Origin: a virus | IMG/VR virus record: IMGVR_UViG_3300028030_000012 | Span: 4,098 to 68,097 of that record | Strand: one strand, 5' to 3' | Length of the DNA: 64,000 nt | Shown here: positions 27,231-37,962 of the stretch, in pieces | How the letters are laid out: each line of letters opens with the position of its first letter | Position numbering within the stretch: position 1 is the stretch's first letter | The notes under the pieces: generated by a model | What the model saw: only the letters and a program-made list of their open reading frames with translations | The model's database searches: none | What the model was told of the DNA's origin: nothing | Program-made: the position numbers and the translations under genes

Positions 27231-27746
27231 ATGAATAGGTTATTTGACATAGATCGTGGAAAGTTAGTACTTAATCCTACTGTATTATGGGTACCCGAGT
27301 TTAAAAAGCTTTGGGATAGGGATAAGAAGAAAAATAAAGATAGGGCAATAGCTGAGATAAGTTATGTTGTATTTATGCATTCTTTTAAATCTCCTTATGC
27401 AGCTTACAATGAAGGGGAACGTAAAACTAAAGTTACTGAAGATTTTCTTAAGGGGGTTAAAAATTGGGAACCAGATGAAGAGGTGAAGGCAGCCATAGAA
27501 AAATATTTAGAGTTGCAAGATAGCGTTTCACTAAGGTTATTCCGATCTACTAGGCTAGCTTTAGAAAAGATTGAAGAGTATTTTAGGGAGGCCGACAAAA
27601 ACGATATCAATACTATTGTAAAGAATAGTAAAGAGTTAGGCAATTTAGTACAGTCTTTAGATAAGTTAGAAAAGCAAGTACAAAAAGAACAATTAGAAAG
27701 TACCAGTATTAGAGGTCAATCTGAAGCTGGCTTATTCGAGATTTAA
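27231..27746 (+). CDS. helical protein preceding TerL (candidate small terminase)
   Basis: position; LWDRDK...YV...SPY pattern. Confidence 0.55.
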   Translation: MNRLFDIDRGKLVLNPTVLWVPEFKKLWDRDKKKNKDRAIAEISYVVFMHSFKSPYAAYNEGERKTKVTEDFLKGVKNWEPDEEVKAAIEKYLELQDSVSLRLFRSTRLALEKIEEYFREADKNDINTIVKNSKELGNLVQSLDKLEKQVQKEQLESTSIRGQSEAGLFEI

Positions 27747-27748
27747 AT

Positions 27749-30700
27749 ATGAAAGCTGAGTTAAAAGTAACAAAGAACAGTAATAAATTTAGAAAACCTG
27801 CATTACACTATCAAAAATATGACCAGTATTTGTTTGCTCCACAAGGCACTTCAGAATATGTAAAATACTGGTCTACAGAATATGATAGGTGTAAATTTGG
27901 TTATACAGCTGAGGATGGTGATTTCATCCCCGGCTATTTTTATTTCTACTTGAATTACTTTCCTATTAGTCTGATTAAAGAGGTTGAGGTAGAAATAGGG
28001 GTAGGTAAAACAAGTAGGAGGGCTTCGGCTATACGGGACTTTCCTAGTTTTTATGATTATGACAGGTTTTTCTTTGAGTCTATAGAGAATTGTGAAGAGG
28101 AGGGCAAACACCTTATAGTTCTAAAAGCTCGTCGTAAAGGGTATAGTTACAAAATAGCTTCAATGTTATTACGCAACTATTATTTTTTTAGAGGTTCTAA
28201 AGGATTTGCCCTAGCTGCAGAGGCAGAGTTTTTAGTAAAGGACGGTATTCTAACTAAGACTTGGGATGGCATGGACTTTTTAGATCAGCATACCGCTTGG
28301 TTTAAAAAAAGGCAAGTTAAGAATACTATGATGTGGCGTAGAGCCTCTTTCTTACAAAAAGATGACACTGGTGTAGATATTGAAATAGGCTACAAGTCTG
28401 AGATAATGGGGGTTACTTTAAAGAATGATCCTCAGAAAGCTAGGGGTAAAGGCGGCCGGCTTATTATATTTGAAGAGGCTGGTAAGTTTAGAAACCTATT
28501 ACAAGTATGGCAAATTGCGAGACCCTCTGTAGAACAAGGCTCTTTTGTACAAGGGACAATGATTGGTTTTGGATGTACGTTAGCGGGTACAAAGCTTTAT
28601 ACCAAAGAGGGTAGGTTAGTTAATGTAGAAGATTTAAAAATAGAGAGTGGGACTATAGGTTATAATGGATATTCTCATGAGAAGGAAGATATTGTAGGTA
28701 CCCTTTTTAGTTTTAAAAAACAGAGTTATAAAATTACATTGAATTCTGGTAGGTTTATAGAATGTAGTTATGACCATCCTATGCTATTCAGTAAAAGGGA
28801 TTTACAAGAGAGAGTGCCTGGGTTTAGAGGAGAAGGGCTGAGGCGTAAAAAAGTAAAATGGGCAAAAACTGAAGATTTAAAAATAGGGGATCAATTAGCT
28901 GTTTTAGAAGAATTTCCTTTTGAATCAAATAAAGAAATGTGGGAACCTCGTTTTATAGGGTTACTTATTGGAGATGGTTCTTATGGTTATAATAAAACAC
29001 CAGTACTATCTAATGCTGATGAAGAAGTTAATTCTTTTATAGATGATAGATTTAACACAGTAATAGAAAAATCTTATATTACAAAAGATGGTAGACTATA
29101 TAGAGAAACTAGAATAAAAGGAATTACTAAAAAATTACGGGGACTAGGGATCTATGGGCAAACTAAAAATAGAAAAGCTTTTCCCATTGATATACATTCT
29201 TATTCTGAAAATACTGTTACAGAAATATTAAGTGGGTTTTTTGATGCTGATGGGTATATTTATCAAACAAAAACAGGGCGTATTAGAATTAATTTTTCTT
29301 CTTCTTTTGATTTACTATTAGAAGTGCTTTATTTATTACAAAGATTGGGTATACATGGTAAAATACATTTTATAAAAGATGAAAGAAAAAATAGAAAAAT
29401 AAAAAGTAATGGGGGGTACTATAGACTTTCTATAGAAGATCTTAAGAGTTTACTTGTATTTTCTACTAAAATAATTTCACTTATTAATAGGAAACAAACC
29501 CTTTTAAATAAAATAGTTGGGTATGCATCTGTACATGAAAGTTCCTTAAGTAAATATATTTCTGGTATAAGATTCGAAAGGATTGTAAAAATAGAAGATT
29601 TAGGGGAACAGCCTGTTTATAATTTGCAAACTTCGAACACTCATACCTATATCGCTAATGGTATTGTAACTAAAAACACAGGGGGTGAGGAAGGCGAAGA
29701 TTTTGATGGTCTTAAAGAATTGTTTGAGAGGCCTAAAGCATACAATTGTTTAGAGTTAGATAATATATGGGATGAGGAAAATATTGGTCAAAAGGTAGGA
29801 TTCTTTGTACCACAGTATGCTAACTTAGAAGGGGAATATTATAATGAGGATGATAAGGATGACCCTTTAAATGGAGAGCCCTTTATGGATGATCAAGGTA
29901 ATACTAGAACTTTAGTAGCTAAGAAGTATGTGCTATTACAAAGGTCAAAAGTAATAAAGAATGCTTCAGATAGACGTGCTATAGATAGGCATATTGCTGA
30001 GCAGCCTATAATACCTGCAGAAGCCCTACTTGATTTAAGTTCTAATATATTCCCTAAAGCTGATTTGCAAAGGCATTTAGCTCATATAAGGAATGACGAA
30101 AAGTTACGTCAGTTTAAACAAGTGGGAGATTTATATTTTGATAATGAAGGTATTATAAAGTGGATGCCTGTAGAAGCTGATAAAGCTAAAGATATTATAA
30201 GGTATCGTTTAGATCCGCAAGACGACCCTAAGGGTCAAATAGTAATATGGGAACACCCTATGAAAGCCCCTCCTTGGGGCTTATATATAGCAGGCTGTCT
30301 TACTCCAGGTGAGAAAGTAAATACTTCAGAAGGATTAAAGAATGTGGAGGATGTAACACTAGAAGATAAACTCATAAATAAAGAAGGGGAAGAAGTCGAA
30401 ATAAATACTTTATTAAGATATGAAAAAGTAAACGAACCTACTTATAAAGTGCATATGTATAATGTGGATAGGCCTACTAATTATACACAAGAACATCCTT
30501 TATATGTAGCAGATATTCCTGAAGGTAAGTTCGATTTTATAAGGGCAGAAGAAGTTGAAAAAGGCATGTGGACTAAAGCTCCTAATTATTATAAAATAAA
30601 TTCTAAAGAGATTGATACTACTATTTGGGATAATTATAAAACTAGAAATACAAAAGATACTAATCCTTTGTTAGATGAAGATTTTTGGTGGTTTGTAGGA

Positions 30701-32083
30701 CATTGGTTAGGAGACGGGTTCAATCATAAACAAGGGAGAAATTATACTATTTACAATTCTTTCGGTAAAAAAGAAACTGATTATATAGACAAGTATAAAA
30801 GAATTGTTAAAGAACTTTTTAATAGAAATCCTAATCCCAAAGTTCAAAATGGATCTGGTACGCATAAGTTTGAATTTAAACAATTATTCTTATTCTTAGA
30901 AGATAATTTTGGTAAATATGCCGATGGTAAGTATATTTCTGAATGGGTTAAGTATATACCTGAAGAATATAAACTTCAATTAGTTTTAGGATATTTAGAT
31001 TCTGACGGATCTGTTTATTTAGATAACAATAGAATAGTTAGTAGTTTTAAAAGTATTAATAGAAAATTACTTTATGATATACAAGACATTTTATTTTCGG
31101 TAGGAATTGTATCTAGTTTTCATTTGTCTGAAAAGAAAGGGAAATACAATATTAAGGGGAAAATTGGAAATAGAAAAGAAAGTTATCGTTTAAGAGTGAA
31201 TCAGACAAATACTGTAAAATTATATAATTTATACAATTCTTTATACAATAGTAGAAAATTAAAGTTGATAGGAGTTAATAAAAACGGAATAAATTTTGTT
31301 AAAAGCAGAGGTTGTCAAATGTCTGAGGATTTAACTTATATTTACATTAAAATAAAAAATATAGAAGTGTCTACATATTCGGGTACCGTTTATAATTTTG
31401 ATTGTAAAACACACAGTTTTATATGTCAGTACTTCTCGGGACATAACTGTGACCCCTATGATCACGATAAATCAGGGACTAATTCTTTAGGTTCTACTTT
31501 TATATTTAAACGAATACAGAGTTTTGAAGAATATTATGATATGCCTGTAGCAGAGTATACTGGTAGGCCGGATACTGCAGCAGAATATTATGAGAATGTT
31601 CGTAAATTACTTATGTATTATAATGCTACTTTATTATATGAAAATGAGAAGAAAGGTTTATTCTTTTATTTTGAAAAAGTAAACGCCACTTATTTATTAG
31701 CAGACCAGCCTAATGATTTAATAGGAGATATTGTAAAAGATAGTAAAGTAGACAGGAAAAAAGGAATCCATATGTCTCAGTTTATTAAGGACTGGGGAGA
31801 GGGTGCAATAAGGGACTGGTTAGTCGAAGAGTTTGCCCCAGGTAAAAAGAATCTTACCAAAATAATGTCGGAACCTTTATTAGAGGAACTCATAGCCTAC
31901 AATGATAAAGGTAATTTCGATAGGGTAATGGCATTCATGTTGGTCATGATGTACCGACAACAACTGCATAAGTTGCATGTTAAGAAAAATCGTTTGGAAA
32001 ATAAAAAGCGCTTGTTATTTCCTGATGGTTTATTTACAGGCTATGATGATGAGGAAAATTATACGTATAACATTTCAATTTAA
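27749..32083 (+). CDS. terL: terminase large subunit with two inteins (about 692 aa after splicing)
   Basis: LKARRKGYS Walker A, IFEEAG Walker B, CDPYD nuclease, GNFDRV. Confidence 0.93.
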   Translation: MKAELKVTKNSNKFRKPALHYQKYDQYLFAPQGTSEYVKYWSTEYDRCKFGYTAEDGDFIPGYFYFYLNYFPISLIKEVEVEIGVGKTSRRASAIRDFPSFYDYDRFFFESIENCEEEGKHLIVLKARRKGYSYKIASMLLRNYYFFRGSKGFALAAEAEFLVKDGILTKTWDGMDFLDQHTAWFKKRQVKNTMMWRRASFLQKDDTGVDIEIGYKSEIMGVTLKNDPQKARGKGGRLIIFEEAGKFRNLLQVWQIARPSVEQGSFVQGTMIGFGCTLAGTKLYTKEGRLVNVEDLKIESGTIGYNGYSHEKEDIVGTLFSFKKQSYKITLNSGRFIECSYDHPMLFSKRDLQERVPGFRGEGLRRKKVKWAKTEDLKIGDQLAVLEEFPFESNKEMWEPRFIGLLIGDGSYGYNKTPVLSNADEEVNSFIDDRFNTVIEKSYITKDGRLYRETRIKGITKKLRGLGIYGQTKNRKAFPIDIHSYSENTVTEILSGFFDADGYIYQTKTGRIRINFSSSFDLLLEVLYLLQRLGIHGKIHFIKDERKNRKIKSNGGYYRLSIEDLKSLLVFSTKIISLINRKQTLLNKIVGYASVHESSLSKYISGIRFERIVKIEDLGEQPVYNLQTSNTHTYIANGIVTKNTGGEEGEDFDGLKELFERPKAYNCLELDNIWDEENIGQKVGFFVPQYANLEGEYYNEDDKDDPLNGEPFMDDQGNTRTLVAKKYVLLQRSKVIKNASDRRAIDRHIAEQPIIPAEALLDLSSNIFPKADLQRHLAHIRNDEKLRQFKQVGDLYFDNEGIIKWMPVEADKAKDIIRYRLDPQDDPKGQIVIWEHPMKAPPWGLYIAGCLTPGEKVNTSEGLKNVEDVTLEDKLINKEGEEVEINTLLRYEKVNEPTYKVHMYNVDRPTNYTQEHPLYVADIPEGKFDFIRAEEVEKGMWTKAPNYYKINSKEIDTTIWDNYKTRNTKDTNPLLDEDFWWFVGHWLGDGFNHKQGRNYTIYNSFGKKETDYIDKYKRIVKELFNRNPNPKVQNGSGTHKFEFKQLFLFLEDNFGKYADGKYISEWVKYIPEEYKLQLVLGYLDSDGSVYLDNNRIVSSFKSINRKLLYDIQDILFSVGIVSSFHLSEKKGKYNIKGKIGNRKESYRLRVNQTNTVKLYNLYNSLYNSRKLKLIGVNKNGINFVKSRGCQMSEDLTYIYIKIKNIEVSTYSGTVYNFDCKTHSFICQYFSGHNCDPYDHDKSGTNSLGSTFIFKRIQSFEEYYDMPVAEYTGRPDTAAEYYENVRKLLMYYNATLLYENEKKGLFFYFEKVNATYLLADQPNDLIGDIVKDSKVDRKKGIHMSQFIKDWGEGAIRDWLVEEFAPGKKNLTKIMSEPLLEELIAYNDKGNFDRVMAFMLVMMYRQQLHKLHVKKNRLENKKRLLFPDGLFTGYDDEENYTYNISI
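28574..29677 (+). mobile_element. intein 1 with LAGLIDADG endonuclease (368 aa)
   Basis: GFG|CTLAGT ... YIANGIVTKN|T; FIGLLIGDG and LSGFFDADG. Confidence 0.9.
30296..31447 (+). mobile_element. intein 2 with LAGLIDADG endonuclease (384 aa)
   Basis: IAG|CLTPGE ... FSGHN|CDPYD; VGHWLGDG and LGYLDSDG. Confidence 0.9.
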
Positions 32084-32087
32084 TAAA

Positions 32088-34436
32088 ATGGCATCATCTT
32101 ACAATCCTGAGAGCAGTGTGGTACCTTACCAAATGCTTTCGCTAAGGGAGAAAAATGAAAAATGGAAAAAGGCCAGTGTAGACGCTTTTATATCAAAGTT
32201 CTATTTTGGAAATAATAATACTGCTGGTCGTAAGCAGCAAATGAAAATATCCTATGATTTATACAATGGGATATTTGATGAGAAGGATCTTAAATATGTT
32301 ACAGATCCTTATAAAGTTAATGATAGTTTCCCAGCTTCATTGCAGAATTTTAATATTATCAAGCCTAAAATAGACTTGTTAATGGGAGAAGAAACTAAAA
32401 GGCCTTTTTCTCTTAGGGTAGCCCAGACTGATGGGGAAGCCACTACGAAATTTCAGTCTAAACATAAAGAACTTTTAATAGCTACTTTATCGGATATATT
32501 AGGGGAAGGGGATTCTGACGCTCCTCTTACAGAAGAAGAGATGGATAAACTACTTTCAGTTGGGGACTACATGTCTAAAGATTATTCAGATATATCTGAG
32601 ACTACTGCTTTTCATACTTTAAATTATTTGAAGGAAAAAGAAAATTTAAAATATAAATTTATGGAGGGCTTCCATGATTTGATTTGTGCAAGTATGGAGG
32701 TTTATTATACAGGCCAGTTAAATGGGGAGCCTATTGCTGAGCGTGTTAACCCTCTATTTTTTAGTTTTGACTATAGTCCAGAAGTTCAGTTTATAGAGGA
32801 TGGGGAATGGGCAGTTAGAAGATTGCGCATGACCCCTGCAGCTATTTATGATCGTTTTTATGATATAATGGACGAGTCTGATTTAAAGGAGCTTACTTTA
32901 AGGCATAGTCAATCGGGTTATGAGAGTAAAGGAAATAGCAGGGAATATAATCATATAAGATGGAGAAATATTTCTGTAGATGGAAACGATAGCTGTGATG
33001 CCTTTACAGGCAATACTATAGATGTGTGGCATGCCACTTGGAAGTCTTATAAGAAAGTGGGGTTTCTGGCTTATTTAGACGAGAATGGGGAACCTCAAGA
33101 AGAAGTTGTAGATGAGACCTATAAGGTACAAGAAAATGAAGAGGTTACTTGGGACTGGGTTTTAGAAGTTTGGGAAGGCTATAGAATAGGTGACGGTATA
33201 TATGTAGGAATAAGGCCTATACCGGAACAATCTGTATCTATAGATAATCCTAATGGTAATAAATTACCCTATGTAGGTGTTGTCTATAATAATAACAATA
33301 CAGCCCCTAAGTCTTTAGTAGAGACTATGAAGCCTTTACAGTATATGTATATTGTAATATGGTATCGGCTAGAGTTAGCTATTGCAAGAGATAAGGGCAA
33401 AATTATAAACATGGATGTTACTCAAATACCTAAATCAATGGGTGTAGATGTTAATAAATGGCTTCATTATTTATCCTCAGCTGGTGTAAATCTTATTAAT
33501 CCTTATGAAGAAGGATGGGATGTGCCAGGTAGAGAAGGGGGGAAAGCCTCTCAATTCAACCAATTTAGTCAAGTGGATCTTACGATGTCTTCAGTTATTT
33601 CTGAATATATAGGCCTCATGGATAAGATAGAGGATATGATGGGAGAAATTTCAGGGGTATCCAGACAGCGTCAAGGGCAGGTACAGTCTAATGAACTTGT
33701 AGGCAATGTACAGCAAACGATAACGCAGTCATCTCATATCACAGAACCTTTGTTTTTTGCGCATATGCAAGTTAAAAAAAGAGTTTTATCAAACCTGTTA
33801 AATATTGCTAAAAATGTGTGGCACAAGTCTGGCAAAGAAAAACTAAACTACATCTACGATGACGTTACAAGGGTATTTTTAGATATTACAGATGATTTTG
33901 TGTATGCGGATCATACTATATTTGTAACCGACAGTACAGAGGAGAATAGAAACTTAGAGATGATTAAAAATCTTTACCAACCTGCTATGCAGAATGGGGC
34001 TTCACTATCAGAAATTGCTGAGATTATGGCGTCTAACAATCTTACAGATATTAAAAATAAACTTAAAAAATTAGAAATGGATAGGGCTAAGCAGGAACAG
34101 CAACAGCAACAGCAGCAACAACAATCTCTTATGGAAATAGAGAAGATGCGCAAGGAAGCTGAGGATAACAAGCTAAAATTAGAAATGAATAAGTTAGAAG
34201 TAACAGAGAGGGATTCTATTCGGGATTCTGAAACTTCTATAGAAGTAGCTTTGATTGGGGCAGACTCTAAAGAAGTTTTAGAAGTGCATAAGAATAGAAT
34301 TGCTCAAGATAAAGTGGATAAAGAGACATCAGTGAAAAGAGAAGAATTAGAGGAACAACGAAGATCTAATCAATCTATTGAAGAAATTAAAAGAATGGAG
34401 GCTAGAAATAAAGCCAAACAAAAAACAATAAACTAG
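32088..34436 (+). CDS. portal protein (start revised from 31977)
   Basis: follows TerL; YDLYNG, NFNIIKPKIDLLMGEE, GVSRQRQG; ATG 4 nt after the TerL stop. Confidence 0.88.
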   Translation: MASSYNPESSVVPYQMLSLREKNEKWKKASVDAFISKFYFGNNNTAGRKQQMKISYDLYNGIFDEKDLKYVTDPYKVNDSFPASLQNFNIIKPKIDLLMGEETKRPFSLRVAQTDGEATTKFQSKHKELLIATLSDILGEGDSDAPLTEEEMDKLLSVGDYMSKDYSDISETTAFHTLNYLKEKENLKYKFMEGFHDLICASMEVYYTGQLNGEPIAERVNPLFFSFDYSPEVQFIEDGEWAVRRLRMTPAAIYDRFYDIMDESDLKELTLRHSQSGYESKGNSREYNHIRWRNISVDGNDSCDAFTGNTIDVWHATWKSYKKVGFLAYLDENGEPQEEVVDETYKVQENEEVTWDWVLEVWEGYRIGDGIYVGIRPIPEQSVSIDNPNGNKLPYVGVVYNNNNTAPKSLVETMKPLQYMYIVIWYRLELAIARDKGKIINMDVTQIPKSMGVDVNKWLHYLSSAGVNLINPYEEGWDVPGREGGKASQFNQFSQVDLTMSSVISEYIGLMDKIEDMMGEISGVSRQRQGQVQSNELVGNVQQTITQSSHITEPLFFAHMQVKKRVLSNLLNIAKNVWHKSGKEKLNYIYDDVTRVFLDITDDFVYADHTIFVTDSTEENRNLEMIKNLYQPAMQNGASLSEIAEIMASNNLTDIKNKLKKLEMDRAKQEQQQQQQQQQSLMEIEKMRKEAEDNKLKLEMNKLEVTERDSIRDSETSIEVALIGADSKEVLEVHKNRIAQDKVDKETSVKREELEEQRRSNQSIEEIKRMEARNKAKQKTIN

Positions 34437-34443
34437 TTAAACT

Positions 34444-35589
34444 ATGAAAGAAGATATATTTGGTGGGTTTTCAGCAGTGGCCCAAAGCATCTCGGATAGA
34501 ACAAATTCGATAGAGGCAGAATCGGAAGGAGGAGAGGAGCTTCCTACCGCTGAAGAAATAGCTGCTAATCTTAAATTAGAGGAAGAGGCTGAGCAATTAG
34601 GTAAAGAAGGGACTGATGAAATTCCTTTTAGAGAGGATCCAAGTGACGAAGAGGATGGGGAGGATGACGAAGATGACGAAGACCCAAAAGGGGGTAGTGG
34701 AAGTGAAGGCGATTCTGACCCAGATTTAGGTACTAATTTTGGGGAGGCTGAGCCTGATTTAGCTGCTTATCTGCAGGACCGACTATTTGAAGGATTTGGT
34801 TTTGAGAAGGGGGAGGAAGAGTTTAAAAGTGTAGAAGATGTTATAGATTTTGTTAAAAAGGTAGTTGATGAGAATTCTAAGCCTTCTTATGCAGACGAGA
34901 CTCTTGCTTTAGCAGATGAATATGTTAAAGAAGGTGGTAAATTAGAGGAGTTTTTAGAGACTGTTAAAGGCGGTGTAAACCCTGCCACAATTGATATAGA
35001 TTCTTATAAAGATCAGAAAAGTGTTATTACAGAACTTTTAAAAACGAAAGGATATTCCGAAGCTAAGATAACTAGAGCTATAGATAGGTATGAAGATGCG
35101 GGTGTTTTAAAGGAAGAGGCTGAAGACGCTTTAGAAATGATAGAGGAGGCTAAAGAAGGAATTGCAGAAAAGCTATTAGAACAGCAAAGAATAGACAATG
35201 ATGCCCAAATAAAGAAACAACAAAAATACGTAGGTGACGTAAAGAAAGAAATAGAAGGTCTGAAGGACGTTAGGGGTATAACTCTTACTAAAAGAGAGAA
35301 AAAAGATCTCTTTGATTATATATTTAAACCCACTCGTTCCGGGAAGACTAAGTACCAAGAGGATTATGTGAAATCTCAACGTAACATGATTGAGTCTGCT
35401 TTCTTCACTATGAAGGGCGACACTCTAGTACAAAAGGTTCAGAAGAAAGCAACTTCTGAAGCTGCTAGTAGACTAAAAAAGAGGCTCGCAAATAAAGGCT
35501 TACGTGTAAGAAATGAAAGTGGCCAAGGAGGTAATACAGTTTCTGATATTTGGGATATGGCTAGCAGTCAATTGAGAAATCCTTTTTAA
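34444..35589 (+). CDS. acidic scaffold-like protein between portal and MCP
   Basis: D/E-rich N-terminus, coiled coil, typical position. Confidence 0.65.
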   Translation: MKEDIFGGFSAVAQSISDRTNSIEAESEGGEELPTAEEIAANLKLEEEAEQLGKEGTDEIPFREDPSDEEDGEDDEDDEDPKGGSGSEGDSDPDLGTNFGEAEPDLAAYLQDRLFEGFGFEKGEEEFKSVEDVIDFVKKVVDENSKPSYADETLALADEYVKEGGKLEEFLETVKGGVNPATIDIDSYKDQKSVITELLKTKGYSEAKITRAIDRYEDAGVLKEEAEDALEMIEEAKEGIAEKLLEQQRIDNDAQIKKQQKYVGDVKKEIEGLKDVRGITLTKREKKDLFDYIFKPTRSGKTKYQEDYVKSQRNMIESAFFTMKGDTLVQKVQKKATSEAASRLKKRLANKGLRVRNESGQGGNTVSDIWDMASSQLRNPF

Positions 35590-35606
35590 ACTAAAAACTA
35601 ATTTAA

Positions 35607-37899
35607 ATGACTAATACAGTTCTTAACGGATTACAGCTGTACCGTGCCAAATGGTTTTCAGATTTAGTAGATGAGAATATGTTATCAAATGCTTTGATGA
35701 CAAAACCTCACGAAGTTTCTACTATACTGTCTTATGTATTTGGTACTTATGAAAGTAGTGTAATCGACTTCCTGACCTCAGGATTAGGAAAAACAGTTAC
35801 TGTTGAAAACAGACAGTACGAATGGCCAGTTATGATACAACATGACAAAGCCATTGAAATATTTGATGCTAAGTGGCAAGGTGCGGCTATTACCGATAAT
35901 CTTACACCAGGCATAAACCAAACTCCTATACTTTTGTATTTGAAAGAAAAGTGGTTAACCAATGGGCTGAGCCACGCTGCATAGTAATATGTAGAAAAAT
36001 AAATTTCGTGAATTGCTGGAAACTCTTAAAGATATTTAGACCGTAGAGTAATACTTAAATATATAGAGATGAAAATTAAAAATAGACAATCAGCAGCCGA
36101 GCTAGTAGAAATGAAACCAATTCCTGGATGGGAAGATTCCTATTCTATAACTGAAGATGGAAAAGTTTTTTCAAATAGAAGTAACAAATTTTTATCCCCT
36201 AGAGAATCAATGGATGGGTATAATAGAGTTGCTTTACAAAAAGAAGGTTATAGGAGAGAATATAGAATAGCAAGATTAGTAGCTATTACATATATTCCAA
36301 ATCCAGAAAATAAAGAACAAGTAAACCATAAAGATTATAATAGAAAAAACGATTTTATAAATAATCTAAAATGGGTTACCCCAAAAGAAAATACAGACTA
36401 TTCCTTTAAAAAAGAAAGTAGGTTTAAAATACCTGAAACTTATAAAGTCTATACTTTTACAAATGTATTTAACAATAATTCATTTACAATAATAGGAATT
36501 AAAAATGTAGCTAAACAATTTGGATGTTCTGCTAAAAACTTTAAAGCACTAATTACAAAATATGCCAATACTGGTATGTACGTAAAACAAGGTTACTTTA
36601 AAGGACTTAGAATTGATTCAGACTACTTGAAGGTTCAGAGACTATCCGAAAGGAGTACACTCTAGTGAGTGGAAGTGCGAAACATCCCTAGTGGATGAAG
36701 ATATAGTCCGATCTCATGTGAGAGCATGAGCAGCTTAAAAAGCGGGTAGGGAATAACGCCCCCTACTGAACATCAACAGAAATGTTGGCCCAGGCGCAAT
36801 CTTGGCTTTTGATGAACGTGAGTTTCAGGTAAGAGTTTCAGGCGCCCCTTATCAAGATGGTGATTATTTTGTATACACTGTTTTTGTAGCCGATGGTAGA
36901 TCGGAATCTTATATTCCGCCTGAGCTATTGGAAAAAAGTAAAAGGGTAAGCCGTGAAGGCTCTGCTTACGAAGAGTACAGTGATGAGTCAGATATCGTGA
37001 ATTATAATACTCCATTGAAGTTAAGGAATCACCTTACTACAATGAGATTATCTTATGATATTACAGGTTCTGCTTATTCGTCTAAGATGGTAATCGAGAT
37101 GAAAGATCCTAAAACAGGAAAATCATCTTATCTATGGTCTGATTATCAGGAGTGGGTGGCCCTACGTCAATGGTATCAAACAATGGATCGTTTCTTAGTT
37201 TATTCTAAGTATAACGCTAATCCAGACGGTACTACTGATTTAAAAGGTACTAATGGACGTCCTGTATATATTGGCGCTGGTTTGTTACAGCAGATTGCTG
37301 CTTCTAACCGTCAATCCTATACAAAACTGACAGCGGATCTACTTGAGGATTATCTCTTCAATTTGTCTTATAACATCATGGCCAAAGGGGAGCGTAAGTT
37401 TGTAGCTCTTACAGGTGAGATGGGAATGAAAGAATTTGACCGTATACTTAAAGAAAAAGCTTCAGGTTACCAATTAGTTGATACTAAATTTGTATCAGGT
37501 TCTGGGCAAGAGCTTACTTTAGGCGGGCAGTTCACTACTTATAAAATGCTCAATGGCATAGAACTTACATTGAAGCACTTCCCATTGTATGATGATATTG
37601 TATATAATCGTAGTTTACACCCAGTTAGTGGCAAGCCTTTAGAATCTTATAGGATGACCTTTGTTGACTTTGGAATGCGTGATGGCGAATCCAATGTGCA
37701 GAAAGTTGTTCGTAAAGATCGTGAGATGGCTATGTGGCATATTGCTGGTTCTGTAGCTCCAGGTACTGGACATGCAAAATCTAAATCAACTCTTCGTGCT
37801 AATGCTAAAGATGGTTATTCAGTTAACTTCTTAACAGAGCAGGGAATCATGATGAAAGATCCTACAACGAGTGGGGAATTAATCATGGATATTGCCTAG
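35607..37899 (+). CDS. major capsid protein, spliced (exons 35607-35955 and 36785-37899; 487 aa)
   Basis: splicing restores KEKW-F-GPGAILAFD in frame; AYEEYS, LRNHLTTMRLSYDITG. Confidence 0.9.
35956..36784 (+). mobile_element. group I intron (IA-type), 829 nt
   Basis: P 36011 AATTGCTGGAAA, Q 36088 AATCAGCAGC, R 36633 GTTCAGAGACTA, S 36698 AAGATATAGTCC; exon ends in U, intron ends in G; P1 and P10 pairings. Confidence 0.92.
36069..36665 (+). CDS. intron-encoded NUMOD4-HNH homing endonuclease
   Basis: KPIPGWEDSYSITEDGKV; RLVAITYIPN...VNHKDYNRKNDFINNLKWVT..EN. Confidence 0.85.
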   Translation: MKIKNRQSAAELVEMKPIPGWEDSYSITEDGKVFSNRSNKFLSPRESMDGYNRVALQKEGYRREYRIARLVAITYIPNPENKEQVNHKDYNRKNDFINNLKWVTPKENTDYSFKKESRFKIPETYKVYTFTNVFNNNSFTIIGIKNVAKQFGCSAKNFKALITKYANTGMYVKQGYFKGLRIDSDYLKVQRLSERSTL

Positions 37900-37911
37900 T
37901 AATAATTATTT

Positions 37912-37941
37912 GATCGGGGGCTTCGGCCCCTTGATCTTTTT
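37912..37941 (+). terminator. intrinsic terminator after MCP
   Basis: GATCGGGGGC-TTCG-GCCCCTTGATC-TTTTT. Confidence 0.8.
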
Positions 37942-37962
37942 AAAACCTTCTAACTAATAGTT

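Noticed and set aside
34098-34124. Poly-Gln tract in the portal as a contingency repeat
   Set aside because: Mixed CAA/CAG codons in a coiled-coil tail; not a slippage-type repeat
35607-37899. MCP as two genes or a pseudogene
   Set aside because: Fully explained by the group I intron; splicing restores one frame
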